NCBI RefSeq assembly: GCF_001194135.2
Contig: NC_068983.1
Location: 39,695,949 to 39,744,609 of the forward strand
DNA length: 48,661 nt
Source: Octopus bimaculoides
Lineage: Eukaryota
Direction: 5' to 3'
Shown: positions 1-11,434 of the stretch, piece after piece
Numbering within the stretch: the stretch's first letter is position 1
How the letters are laid out: every line of letters starts with the position of its first letter
The notes under the pieces: generated by a model
Told to the model about the DNA's origin: nothing
The model's input: only the letters and a program-made list of their open reading frames with translations
The model's database searches: none
Made by a program: the position numbers and the translations under genes

Positions 1-41
<41 letters not shown>

Positions 42-220
42 TATGTATATATATACATATATATATACATATATATATACATATATGAATATATACATAT
101 ATATACATATATATATGTATATATATATATAAAAATATGTGTGTCAGTATATAAAAGTATATGCATGAGTTTATATGTATGTGTATGTGTGTGTGTGTGT
201 GTGTGTATGTGTGTATTTAG
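1..220. repeat. (TA)n/(TG)n microsatellite
   Basis: Directly visible dinucleotide tracts. Confidence 0.95.
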
Positions 221-274
221 TATAATTTTCTCGTGTCTTAAATGAACCGCTTCAATATAAGAAATTTGACACTA

Positions 275-585
275 CCACTACTTCTAACATCACCTCCACC
301 ACCACTACCACCATCTACCACACACTACTACCACTCTGCCATCACTACCACCATCTCCACTCTACCGCCACCTCCCCTCCACCACCACCACCACCACCNN
401 NNNNNNNNNNNNNNNNNNNNNNNNNNNNNNNNNNNNNNNNNNNNNNNNNNNNNNNNNNNNNNNNNNNNNNNNNNNNNNNNNNNNNNNNNNNNNNNNNNNN
501 NNNNNNNNNNNNNNNNNNNNNNATACATATATATATATATACATATATACACCACCACCACCACCACCACTACCACCACTACTAA
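275..585. repeat. (ACC/ACT)n low-complexity tract spanning N-gap 399-522
   Basis: CAC/CAT trinucleotide runs; source of the spurious poly-His/poly-Thr ORF 242..655. Confidence 0.9.
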
Positions 586-830
586 GTCTACGATTATGGC
601 TGCCGACAATCTCTTTAAAATGTTTATTGGATTCCTTTATGGTTTATTTAATTAACTGCAGCGAAAATGTAATTATTATTTTTATTATGTCTGTTTGACC
701 GAACTTGCAGTCCCGGGTCAAGCGCAGACACCAATGATGAGCGTTTGGCCTCTGGAATGTTGCCAAGCGCTCATTGTCTAAGTTGACCGTGGTAAGACAA
801 TTTTGGCATTCGATAGAGATTCTTTCTATT

Positions 831-1035
831 GGAAGCACAGGGCCTCAAATTTGGGAGGGTAGGGTTTAAGTTGATTACATCGACCCCAGTGCGTAACTGG
901 TACTTATTTAATCGACCCCGAAAGAATGAAAGGCAAAATCGACCCCTGCGGAATTTCAACTCAAAACGTAGCGTCGGACGAAATACCGCGAAACATTTCG
1001 TCCGGCGTGCTAACGACACTGCCAACTCGTCGCCT
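831..1035 (-). mobile_element. tRNA-derived SINE, family A
   Basis: Reverse complement starts GGCGACGAGTTGGCAG (A-box-like), has GAGTTGAAATTCC (B-box-like), then the body TTTGCCTTTCATTCTTTCGGGGTCGATTAAATAAGTACCAG; about 10 homologous copies in the window. Confidence 0.9.
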
Positions 1036-1369
1036 TCTTCCATAAAGAGATCTGATGAAGGATATATGCTACCACAGTCAGGGAATTACTTCGTGTTTCT
1101 ACGAGGATATTCTCCTGCCTTGTCGGCTGTGAAGGAATTTCAGACCAGAAATTTGGAACGTTTTCAAAAGTTCTAGATCGGTCGGTTCCACAGCGCCACG
1201 GCTTGCTTAAGCAACAGAAACTCTGAGAACTTTACCGTGTTAGAATCTTCTGCAAGCAAACGTATCGGAGATACACACATCTTTTATCATTTCCTTGTCT
1301 TAGAAATATGATGTTCTAAGAAGAAAAGAGAGCAAAAATGTACAAGTATGACATTATTACAATAAATAG

Positions 1370-2760
1370 TACAAAACATAGGAAATATAGCGTAGTTTAA
1401 TAAAACACAGTAAACCAGTGTGAGCATACGTTATTTTAATGAAACAGAGCAACCGCTATTTATTCGGCGTTGTGTAAAAGAACAATCAGGAATATAACGC
1501 CATTTTAATAAATTAATACGCCCATTAATGATAAGACATAGCCTTTGTAAACAATAGCCAGCATTAGAACGTAGCTTTTAATTAGATAGAACTTTAGGAA
1601 TATAATGGTATTTTAGTAAAATTAAACAAACGATGAGGAGCGTACGGTTATTTTTATAAGACAAGAGAGGGTTAGAAATACAACGTTTTAATAAAATGGA
1701 ACAAACTAGGTGGAATATAATATCGTTTTAAAGTAGAACCATCAGGAATATTGGGTTATTTTAATAAAATAGAGCGAAGCATTAAGAATGTAACTTTATT
1801 GGAATGAATTAAAGGACGAGGAATATAACATTTTATTATTAAAGTAGAATAACAGTTAAGAATAAAACAAAAACACTGTTTTAATAAAACAGAAGTATCA
1901 ATATGAATATAACGTTAGTTTAATAAAACAAAGGAAACATTAGGAATATAATATTACTTCAATAAAATAGAACTATTAAGAATGTATGGTAAGTTTAATA
2001 AAATAGAACAACCGCTATATTAAAATTTTGTTTACATAATATAGAAAAACCATAGGGAATATAAATCGTTTTAATAAAAGAGAGCGGCAATTAGGAATGA
2101 AGAGTTGTTTTTATAAAACAGAAAAACAATTAGGAATATAACGTAGTTTTAATAAAATAAAACAGCAATTAAGAATAAAACGTAGTTTTAACTAATTAGA
2201 AGATACGTCCAGGGGAATAACGTTATAAGATTAAACAATGAGAGAATTAATGTTATTTAAATAAGACAAAACCAATGTTTGGGAATACAGCAGTGTTTCG
2301 GTATTAAGTTAAACAGAAACCTTTAGAAATAGAACGTTGCTTGAATAAAACAACTATTAGAAATATAGAGTTATTTTCCTGAAATAAAAGAAGCAGGTAA
2401 AAAATAAACAAAAAAAAAACAGGAAAAACCATTAAGAAAATTTTTATAAAACAGAAAAACACCATTAGGGAAAATGTGTAGTTATTTTAATAAAACAGAA
2501 TAAACGATTAGGAATAAAACTACTTTAATAAAATGGAATAAACCATTATGATTATAATATTGCTTTAATATAATGTAACAGACTATTAGGAATAAAACTT
2601 TGGTTATATACAACTGAAGAAAATAGGAATATAGCATTATTTTAATAAAACAAAGTATTAGAAATATAAGGTTGATTCAATAAACGGAACAAACCATTCG
2701 GATTTTAAGATTATTTAAATAAAAGAGAATATAATGTTTAATAAAACAGAGAAAGAGAAA
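1370..2760. repeat. Degenerate AT-rich minisatellite, ~40-bp unit
   Basis: TTAGGAATATAACG-like and TTTTAATAAAA(C/T)AG motifs alternate roughly every 36-45 bp (e.g. 1488, 1594, 1941, 2131, 2509, 2586). Confidence 0.75.
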
Positions 2761-3011
2761 CAAATTAGAATGAGAGGAAAGCAATCACGCTCTGCGTCGA
2801 TAAAACAGGGTTAATGGTATTCATAAAATAAGAAAAGTTTATGGTTCATGCGATGGGGTGGGACATGAGGCTTCGTTAAAAGCCCTTTTCTTTTGCTCAA
2901 TATAAATAAGAATTTACCCCTTGTTACAGTACACGAATTTGCCTTGTGTGTTTTACAAATTTTACTTGGTGGTGAGGTGGAAGAACACTTCGAGCTTCGG
3001 AAAAATAATTT

Positions 3012-3175
3012 TGCAGCAATTTTTCCGATGTTACATACTGAATTAAAATCCCACCAGATTGACATTGCTTTTCATCTTTTCGGGATCGATAAAATAAGCA
3101 CCTGTTGAGCAGCGGGGGTCGATGTATTTAACTCCACTCCAAAATTTCAGGCCTTGTGCCTATAGTACAAAGAAT
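3012..3175 (+). mobile_element. SINE family A, 5'-degenerate copy (only plus-strand copy)
   Basis: TTGCTTTTCATCTTTTCGGGATCGATAAAATAAGCACC...GGGGGTCGATGTA...AAATTTCAGGCCTTGTGCC matches the reverse complement of the other A copies. Confidence 0.85.
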
Positions 3176-3289
3176 TTATGAACTTCATTAGAGGTGTTAT
3201 GTTATTAATATAAAATAGACCACAATGTTGTAAATTCACGTGGTCCAGTGGTCAAGGTGTTCAGTTTATCAGTTGGTAGACTTGGCTAG

Positions 3290-3478
3290 AGTCAGAGAGA
3301 TAGACAGAGAGTCAGAAACAGACAGATAGAGAGCAAGAAACTGAGAGACAGACAGGCAGACAAAGACAAGCAGACAGACAGAGGGCCAGAGACACAGAGT
3401 GAGAGAGAGAGGGGGGAGAGACCGACCGACAGACAGAGAGCCAGAGACAGACGGACAGAGGGACAGACAGACAGACGG

Positions 3479-3519
<41 letters not shown>

Positions 3520-3612
3520 GAGAGAGACAGATAGACAGAGACAGATAGACAGAGACAGACAGAGAGTCAGAGACAGAGAAAGAGAGAGAAAGAGAAAGAG
3601 AGAGAGACAGTC

Positions 3613-3650
<38 letters not shown>

Positions 3651-3770
3651 AGAGACACAGAGAACGACAGACAGATAAGGACAGACTGACAGACAGACTG
3701 ATAGACTGACAGACAGTCAGAAAGATAGAAAGTGAGACAAACACAAAGAGAGAGAGCGAGGGGAGGTAGA
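3290..3770. repeat. (GA)n/(GACA)n compound microsatellite
   Basis: Directly visible. Confidence 0.95.
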
Positions 3771-3999
3771 CAACAACAAAAAAGAAAACATTAAAATCCC
3801 TGGTATGAAAAAAGTCAGCGTCGAATCAGTGAGGCCAAATAGCGGCGTCAAAACGACTGTACCAAATGGCTGGGCCAAAACGTGCTGTATAAATCAAAGG
3901 CTACCCATTCTGGTCCTCACTCTGGCCCATCAATTATTAAGGGCTACTTGTATTCTCAGTTCTAGATTACCTGTTCGACTCTTGTGAGAATGATTTATA

Positions 4000-4165
4000 T
4001 CTGTCTGTCTCTGTCTGTCTGTCTGTCTGTCAGTCTGTCATTCTCTGTGTCTCTGGCTCTCTCACTCTCTATCTGTCTGTCTGTCTGTCTCTCTCTCTGT
4101 GTTTCAGGCTGTCTGTCTGCCAGTCTGTCTGTCTCTGTCTATCTGTCTGTCTATCTGTCCGTCTA
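4000..4165. repeat. (TC)n/(TGTC)n compound microsatellite
   Basis: Directly visible. Confidence 0.95.
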
Positions 4166-4167
4166 TC

Positions 4168-4325
4168 TGTGCAGGTAAGAACGACAGAAGATCGGGACAA
4201 GCTGCAAGCATCAGGAAAGATATTTCTGGAATCCTGGGAAGATGATTGTAAATCTAGATTCGGAGTACAAAATTGTGAATCGATGGTTTCAACCACAGCA
4301 AAAATGTCAAGAAAACCATTATACA
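4168..4325 (+). mobile_element. Degenerate CR1-like LINE reverse-transcriptase fragment
   Basis: Translation [37 protein letters not shown] resembles the post-YADD CR1 stretch (ED..KLQ.DL..L..W...W.M.FN..KC..M). Confidence 0.5.
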
Positions 4326-6498
4326 TACATGCATACAAACATACATGCATACGTACATACATACATACATACATACATACATACACATCCATATATATTG
4401 AGCAAACCACTTTATTTTACACTGCTACTCAAATACAGATAAATAACGGATGAGTACTGATACAGAGTCCTTCTTCCCACCAACTGTCACATCCTCGATG
4501 TTTCGCTGAGTCATGAGTAAGTGACCCAAGAAAGACTCCATGTTTGCTCGTTAATCCATAGGAAGCTAAAGCAACAAGGGGAAATCAGAGCACAAGTTAC
4601 TAAGCCATACTCGCTTTCGAGTGACGATTGACTGGATTATATGTTGTTATGATGTGCGTGTACAAAATATTAAACTAGCACAGACAACCAATACAGACGA
4701 TCAATGCAGTTAATACAGTTCTTTATTTATTCAAAACCGTTTAGTCCACTTTTAGTCATGTGGAGGTGTACGGGGTTCACTCAAAACTACGTAGACGTAA
4801 TTTGCGAAACAGCAGCTACTGAAAGAGGAAAATGTGAAAAAATAGGGNNNNNNNNNNNNNNNNNNNNNNNNNNNNNNNNNNNNNNNNNNNNNNNNNNNNN
4901 NNNNNNNNNNNNNNNNNNNNNNNNNNNNNNNNNNNNNNNNNNNNNNNNNNNNNNNNNNNNNNNNNNNNNNNNNNNNNNNNNNNNNNNNNNNNNNNNNNNN
5001 NNNNNNNNNNNNNNNNNNNNNNNNNNNNNNNNNNNNNNNNNNNNNNNNNNNNNNNNNNNNNNNNNNNNNNNNNNNNNNNNNNNNNNNNNNNNNNNNNNNN
5101 NNNNNNNNNNNNNNNNNNNNNNNNNNNNNNNNNNNNNNNNNNNNNNNNNNNNNNNNNNNNNNNNNNNNNNNNNNNNNNNNNNNNNNNNNNNNNNNNNNNN
5201 NNNNNNNNNNNNNNNNNNNNNNNNNNNNNNNNNNNNNNNNNNNNNNNNNNNNNNNNNNNNNNNNNNNNNNNNNNNNNNNNNNNNNNNNNNNNNNNNNNNN
5301 NNNNNNNNNNNNNNNNNNNNNNNNNNNNNNNNNNNNNNNNNNNNNNNNNNNNNNNNNNNNNNNNNNNNNNNNNNNNNNNNNNNNNNNNNNNNNNNNNNNN
5401 NNNNNNNNNNNNNNNNNNNNNNNNNNNNNNNNNNNNNNNNNNNNNNNNNNNNNNNNNNNNNNNNNNNNNNNNNNNNNNNNNNNNNNNNNNNNNNNNNNNN
5501 NNNNNNNNNNNNNNNNNNNNNNNNNNNNNNNNNNNNNNNNNNNNNNNNNNNNNNNNNNNNNNNNNNNNNNNNNNNNNNNNNNNNNNNNNNNNNNNNNNNN
5601 NNNNNNGGCTATGTCTTGTGTGTGTGTGTGTGTGAGAGAGTGTGTGTGAGAGTGTGTGTGAGAGCGTGTGTCTGTTTGTGTTTGATATACAATGCATATA
5701 ATATACATCCTTACGTGTATACAAAAATAAACTCTTGCAGTTGTCTAAACGCCAACAAAAGATCCCTGTCATTGCATTAAAGAGAGACCAGCTTTGTCAG
5801 TGCTAGCTCTTAAATAAATAATAAACATACATACATAACACACACACACACACAAACATATATATATATACACAAACACAAACACACTCACACACATATA
5901 TATTATACACAAGAACAAATATGAACAAAACAACGAAAAAAAGCATGCATTTAAATGTACAAAATATTAACTGTATAGAATAGGTTTTCAAAAATCTACA
6001 AATGTCTATTGAATAGAGTTTTAAGACACCCGCAGCTCCTTGGTGCTCATCAGTTCTGTCTTTCTGTCTTTCTGTCTATCCTCTTGTTCTCTATTTCGTT
6101 GTTTCTCTCTATAAATCGACTGAATTTAAATAATATATGCCATGTTCTTGCTTGCCTTTTATTTCTGTAACAATTACAGGAGAAATGAGTGCATTTGGTA
6201 AGATTTATTGTCGAAGTAATACTTCGCAAAGATTCGCAAAGAAGGATTTTGGAGGAAGACACGAGTAGAGGAAGATGGAGAAGGAGAAGGAGAAGATGAA
6301 GGAGAAGGGGATGAGGAAGTGGAAGGAGAAGAGAAAAGAGACGAAAAGAATGAGGAAAAGAAGAAGAATGAGAAGCAGTAGAAATAGAAATGAAAGAAAT
6401 GAAATAATAGAAAATATACAAAAAGAAGAAATCATATTTTTTAATAAAAATTATCAACGGAAAATGTCAAAAGCAAACAAACAATTGCATGAACATGA

Positions 6499-6536
<38 letters not shown>

Positions 6537-6927
6537 ATATACAAAAATATATAAAGTGAAGAGGTTTTGAAAAGAGATTATTCAGGTGAAACGTTTCCGT
6601 GGCAACTGCAGTGTAATATCCACGAGCTACGTTATATTAAAAACAGAACAAAATGGAGGGGTTCATTACAGAGAGCGACGTATTGTTACCATAGAAATTT
6701 ATGAATCATCAACATTATGAGAAGATTTCGGTAAGAATCATTACATTGTGAAACTAACCCACACTTCAAGACTTTGGATTTGCAGGATAATCTGTACTTT
6801 TCTACGTTTCTTCTTAATTGTCGAAATTATTTTTTATGACTTTTCTAAGTGTTTGTTTTTGTTATTGCTTTTCCTAAAATCGATTATGGAAGGATAAATT
6901 AAAAAAAACATAATTGTTTCTAATTTC

Positions 6928-7100
6928 TGACACAAGGCCAGCAATTTTAAAGAAAAGGGTGGAGCCGAGTACATCGACGCCGTTACGTGACTGATACTTT
7001 GTTTCTATCAACTCCGAAAGGATGAACGACAAAGTCGACCTGGGTGCGATTTGAACTAAAATTCCAATCATGGTTGAAATGCCGCTAAGCTACCAGCTCC
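6928..7100 (-). mobile_element. SINE family A, diverged copy
   Basis: CACAAGGCC...TACATCGAC...CCGAAAGGATGAACGACAAAGTCGACCT...GATTTGAACT. Confidence 0.85.
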
Positions 7101-7209
7101 CTATCACCTTTAAGAAATCCTTTATAATAAAATGAGAAGAAGAGAGAGACATCATTGCTTGGTCCGTTAGCGTGGAATAAAATCACTTGTGGTATTGCTG
7201 TCATAATGA

Positions 7210-7270
<61 letters not shown>

Positions 7271-7837
7271 GACAAATGGTATAAACACCATCCTGAAGCT
7301 GTGACTGAGGGAGAAAATGTATCGATTCTCTGGGACTTCCCCGTACATACCGACAAGACTATAAAAGCTAATAAACCGGATATTATCATAAAAGATCAGA
7401 CAAAGAAGACGTGTTTATTAATTGACATGAGTATTCCCTGTGATCATAATATAGCGGCGAAAGAAATTGACAAGATCAGTAAATATAAAGACTTGCTAAT
7501 AGAAATTGAAAAAATGTGGCACCTCAAGGCGACTACCATACCAGTGATTGTAGGATCTCTAGGAATGATAAAAAAAGGTACTGAAATCTATTTGAAAATG
7601 ATACCAGGCTTACCATCTCTACAGGAGGTGCAAAAAATCGTGCTAACTGGAACGACTCATGTATTAAGAAGAGCATTATCGCTATGAAAACAACATCCAT
7701 TCATGATTTTTTTTTTCTTTTCTTAAATACATGTTTTACCTATGAATTTGCATCTGTAAATTGGGAATGCATACAACGTTTCTCTGCCCTCGGCGAGAAA
7801 TGGGAAAAAATTTGAAGAAAGAGGAAAAAAAACAACA
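7271..7837 (+). mobile_element. 5'-truncated R4/Dong-clade non-LTR retrotransposon, restriction-like endonuclease end plus 3' UTR
   Basis: Uninterrupted frame DKWYKHHPEAVTE..ILWDFPVHTDKTIKANKPDIIIKD..LLIDMSIP..KISKYKDL..IPVIVGSLG..QKIVLTGTTHVLRRALSL* (PD..D..K nuclease motif, stop at 7687); flanked by (TAA)n at 7210-7270 and 7838-7850. Confidence 0.9.
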
Positions 7838-7964
7838 TAATAATAATAATTACAGCAGCAACAATCATCATTTCTAATGTAGGGATAAGATGATGATGAC
7901 AACTGAGAAAAGCAAGAAATTAGTGATGCTGAAGAAGAAGAAGAAGAAGAAGAAGAATTAAGGA

Positions 7965-8033
7965 GGTGAGGTGACAGAAATACAGCTAAGCATTTCTCCC
8001 GGCGTGCTAATGGTTCTGCCAGCTCGCCTCCTT
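7965..8033 (-). mobile_element. SINE family A head fragment
   Basis: GACAGAAATACAGCTAAGCATTTCTCCCGGCGTGCTAATGGTTCTGCCAGCTCGCCTCC, with a TAA-rich tract abutting the 5' end. Confidence 0.8.
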
Positions 8034-8080
8034 AATAGTAATAATGATAATAATAATAATGATAATGATAATAATAATAA

Positions 8081-8942
8081 GTTGCGAAAGGAGAGGGGAA
8101 AGAAGCTGTAGAGACAGCAGCGGAAATCAAGAAAAGAAGCACAAGAGCGAAGAAGAAACATTTGGGAAAAATATTTCCATGGTCAGCATCTGACACGCTC
8201 AGGATGTCGCAGCAGTGGAGTCTTGGTTATGGTTGAAGAATGGAGACCTTAAGAAAGAAACAGTGCTCATAATGGCTGCTCAAAGCCAATCATTACGGAC
8301 GAATATCATAAAGGCCAAAATAGGCAAATCCGGGAAAAGTACAATGTGCGGAGTATGTTATGAAAAAGAGGAATCCATTATTGATATAATAAGTTCCAAA
8401 AGTCCTTTGACACTGAAGGAATATACACGCAGACACTGCTGTGTGGCCGAAGCACTGCACAGGAGCATATTACGGCAAAGAAGATTTAAAACAAGGAGGA
8501 AATGGCGCGAACATCAACCAGAAAGTGTAACAGAGAACGACCAATATTAGATTTTATGAGATTTTAATGTACAGACTGATCTCAAAGTTCGTGCCAGCGA
8601 TCTGTGCACCGTCGTAGATGTTTCTGTATCTGAGGGCATAAATGTAGCGGCCAAAGAACAGGAGAAAAGAGGAAAATACCAGGATTTGATTGGCGAAATA
8701 TGACGTCTGTGTAGGGTTTCCAGTAATCTCAGTTGTTATAGATGCCCTCGGTGCTGTCACCAACAAATTTGGTCAGTTGCCTTGCTGAAGTTGGTGTAAC
8801 CACGAGCGTTGTGTGAATTCAGAAATCTTCCGTATTAGGAACAGCAAGGAATGTAAGGAAGGTCTTCGATATCTAAGGAAACTGGATGTGACCCCGTAGC
8901 AAGGACATCGACCTCGAATGTATAAACATTCGTGCACACCAG

Positions 8943-8944
<2 letters not shown>
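8081..8944 (+). mobile_element. Degenerate R4/Dong-clade fragment (post-RT region, CCHC knuckle remnant, REL domain, 3' UTR)
   Basis: HGQH..SWLWLKNGDLKKET.LIMAAQSQSLRTN..CGVCYEKEESI..; then DFNVQTD..AKEQEKRGKYQDL..VVIDALG..QKSSVLGTARNVRKVFDI* with stops and frameshifts; TAA tracts at both ends. Confidence 0.85.
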
Positions 8945-9020
<76 letters not shown>

Positions 9021-9034
9021 TAATAATAATAATA

Positions 9035-9283
9035 GTCAAACATAAAGGTTATTTCCATTGTCATCGGAGCTTTGGGTTCAATACCACCCAATCTGAAAAA
9101 CATTTGAAAACTTTAGAAATACCCTACAACCTAGGTGTATTGCAAAAGTCGGCATTGGAACTGCACGCATATTGCGTAAAGTATTGTCTGTCTGAGGTCC
9201 TTGTGACTTGACAAACAGTACAAACCCCGTAGACACAATGTCTTCAATCAACAACCTCACGATATTGTATACTGTGCGACGTC

Positions 9284-9285
<2 letters not shown>
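9035..9285 (+). mobile_element. Short R4/Dong-clade 3' fragment
   Basis: IKVISIVIGALGSIP..LGVLQKSAL.GTARILRKVLSV* across frameshifts, then a distinct 3' UTR; (TAA)n at 8945-9034 and 9286-9330. Confidence 0.85.
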
Positions 9286-9333
<48 letters not shown>

Positions 9334-9395
9334 TGATGTTGATGAAGATGATGATGATGATGTCAACGACAACAACGATGATAACGATGATGATA

Positions 9396-9558
9396 GGCGC
9401 ATGCGTAGCTGTGTGATTAGAAGTTTGCTTTCCAGCCACATGGTTCCCGATTCAGTCTTACAGCGTGGCACCTTGGAAGAATGGCTTCCATTATAGCATT
9501 GGTGGACCAAAGTCTTGTGAGTGGATTTGGTAGACGGATACTGAACGAAGCCCGTCGA
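9396..9558 (+). mobile_element. SINE family B (tRNA head plus CORE-like segment), 5' half
   Basis: GGCGCATGCGTAGCTGTGTG..GGTTCCCGATTCAGTC..GGCACCTTGG..GTGAGTGGATTTGGTAGACGG..GAAGCCCGTCG followed by (TA/TG)n. Confidence 0.85.
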
Positions 9559-9623
9559 ATGTATATATATATGTATGTGTGTGTGTATGTATATATGTAT
9601 GCATGCATGTATCTATGTATATA

Positions 9624-9930
9624 GGAGGCACGATGGCCCAGTGGTTAGGGCAGCGGACTCGCGGTCGGATGATAGCGGTTTCGATTCCCAGACCGGGCGT
9701 TGTGTGTGTTTATTGAACGATAACACCTAAAGCTCCACGAGGCTCCGACAGGGGGTAGTGGCGACCCCTGTTGTACTCTTTCGCCCCAACTTTCTCTCAC
9801 TCTTTCTTCCTCTTTCTTGAGTAAAAAGCTGTGGACTGGCGTCCCGTCCAGCTAGGTGGGGGGGGACACATACGCCATGGAAACCGGGAAACCGGAAAAC
9901 CGGCCCTATGCTCTACAACGAGCTAAGAGG
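9624..9930 (+). mobile_element. SINE with family C head and family F-type tail
   Basis: GGAGGCACGATGGCCCAGTGGTTAGGG (A box), GGTTTCGATTCCC (B box), C body to CTCTTTCTTCC, then GGACTGGCGTCCCGTCCAG..GAAACCGGGAAACCGG as in the F copy at 41965-42207. Confidence 0.85.
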
Positions 9931-10818
9931 ATTTCCATATATGTGCNNNNNNNNNNNNNNNNNNNNNNNNNNNNNNNNNNNNNNNNNNNNNNNNNNNNNN
10001 NNNNNNNNNNNNNNNNNNNNNNNNNNNNNNNNNNNNNNNNNNNNNNNNNNNNNNNNNNNNNNNNNNNNNNNNNNNNNNNNNNNNNNNNNNNNNNNNNNNN
10101 NNNNNNNNNNNNNNNNNNNNNNNNNNNNNNNNNNNNNNNNNNNNNNNNNNNNNNNNNNNNNNNNNNNNNNNNNNNNNNNNNNNNNNNNNNNNNNNNNNNN
10201 NNNNNNNNNNNNNNNNNNNNNNNNNNNNNNNNNNNNNNNNNNNNNNNNNNNNNNNNNNNNNNNNNNNNNNNNNNNNNNNNNNNNNNNNNNNNNNNNNNNN
10301 NNNNNNNNNNNNNNNNNNNNNNNNNNNNNNNNNNNNNNNNNNNNNNNNNNNNNNNNNNNNNNNNNNNNNNNNNNNNNNNNNNNNNNNNNNNNNNNNNNNN
10401 NNNNNNNNNNNNNNNNNNNNNNNNNNNNNNNNNNNNNNNNNNNNNNNNNNNNNNNNNNNNNNNNNNNNNNNNNNNNNNNNNNNNNNNNNNNNNNNNNNNN
10501 NNNNNNNNNNNNNNNNNNNNNNNNNNNNNNNNNNNNNNNNNNNNNNNNNNNNNNNNNNNNNNNNNNNNNNNNNNNNNNNNNNNNNNNNNNNNNNNNNNNN
10601 NNNNNNNNNNNNNNNNNNNNNNNNNNNNNNNNNNNNNNNNNNNNNNNNNNNNNNNNNNNNNNNNNNNNNNNNNNNNNNNNNNNNNNNNNNNNNNNNNNNN
10701 NNNNNNNNNNNNNNNNNNNNNNNNNNNNNNNNNNNNNNNNNNNNNNNNNNNNNNNNNNNNNNNNNNNNNNNNNNNNNNNNNNNNCACAGATACACATACA
10801 TATATATATATACATATA

Positions 10819-10975
10819 TACGACGGGCTTCTTTCAGTTTCTGTCTACCAAATCCACTCACAAGGCTTTGGTCGGCCCGAGGCTATAGTAGAAGACACTT
10901 GCCCTAGGTGCCACGCAGTGGGACTGAACCCGGGACCATGTGGTTGGTAAGCAAGCTACTTACCACACAGCCACT
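10819..10975 (-). mobile_element. SINE family B, 5' half, low divergence
   Basis: Near-identical to 24346-24511. Confidence 0.92.
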
Positions 10976-11394
10976 TCATTAATGATAATGAAGATGGTGA
11001 TAATTATGATGATGATAACGACAACGATGATGGCAACTAAAACGATGAAGACAGCGACGATGACTATAATAATGAGTAGGAGGCAGATGGAGGAGATGAG
11101 GAAGAGGATAATGAAGACAACGATGACGATGATAATGATAATTAGGAAAGTTTCTTCATTTTAATGACAGCGAAGGTAATGGTGTTAACGCTAAAAAAAT
11201 ATCATGTTCGTGATGATGACGACAATGCTGATGACGTCAGAGGTGGGGATTAATTGTTGCCATGATAAGGAAATAAACATTGATGAAGATTATGGAGAAT
11301 TCTTTATTTTTGCCGATAGGGCGCAGGAGATAAGCTACAAAAGACGATTACCTAACAAAAACAAATTAAAATCATATATATATGTATATATGTA

Positions 11395-11434
<40 letters not shown>

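Noticed and set aside
737-774. SECIS element (ATGA plus stem)
   Set aside because: Neither strand has the GA on the 3' arm needed for the non-Watson-Crick quartet; ATGA is simply paired with TCAT.
1052-1058. Intact CTGATGA as a hammerhead core
   Set aside because: No stem II followed by GAAA and stem III at a usable distance.
1370-2760. CRISPR-like repeat-spacer array
   Set aside because: Units are degenerate and contiguous, with no constant repeat and unique spacer, no cas genes, and a eukaryotic context.
4485-4530. Minus-strand CTCATGA-CTCAGC-GAAACATCGAGGATGTG hammerhead look-alike
   Set aside because: The core has G5 changed to C, the triplet is GTG, stem II does not pair and stem I is out of register; too many defects.
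4645-4740. Possible LTR end (minus-strand AATAAA about 80 bp before a terminal CA)
   Set aside because: No second LTR, primer-binding site, polypurine tract or pol sequence is visible; the adjoining region is an N-gap.
9624-9700. tRNA genes at SINE heads (also 14026, 24511, 42207, 47353)
   Set aside because: A and B boxes are present but continue into repeat bodies with no acceptor stem; these are SINE promoters.
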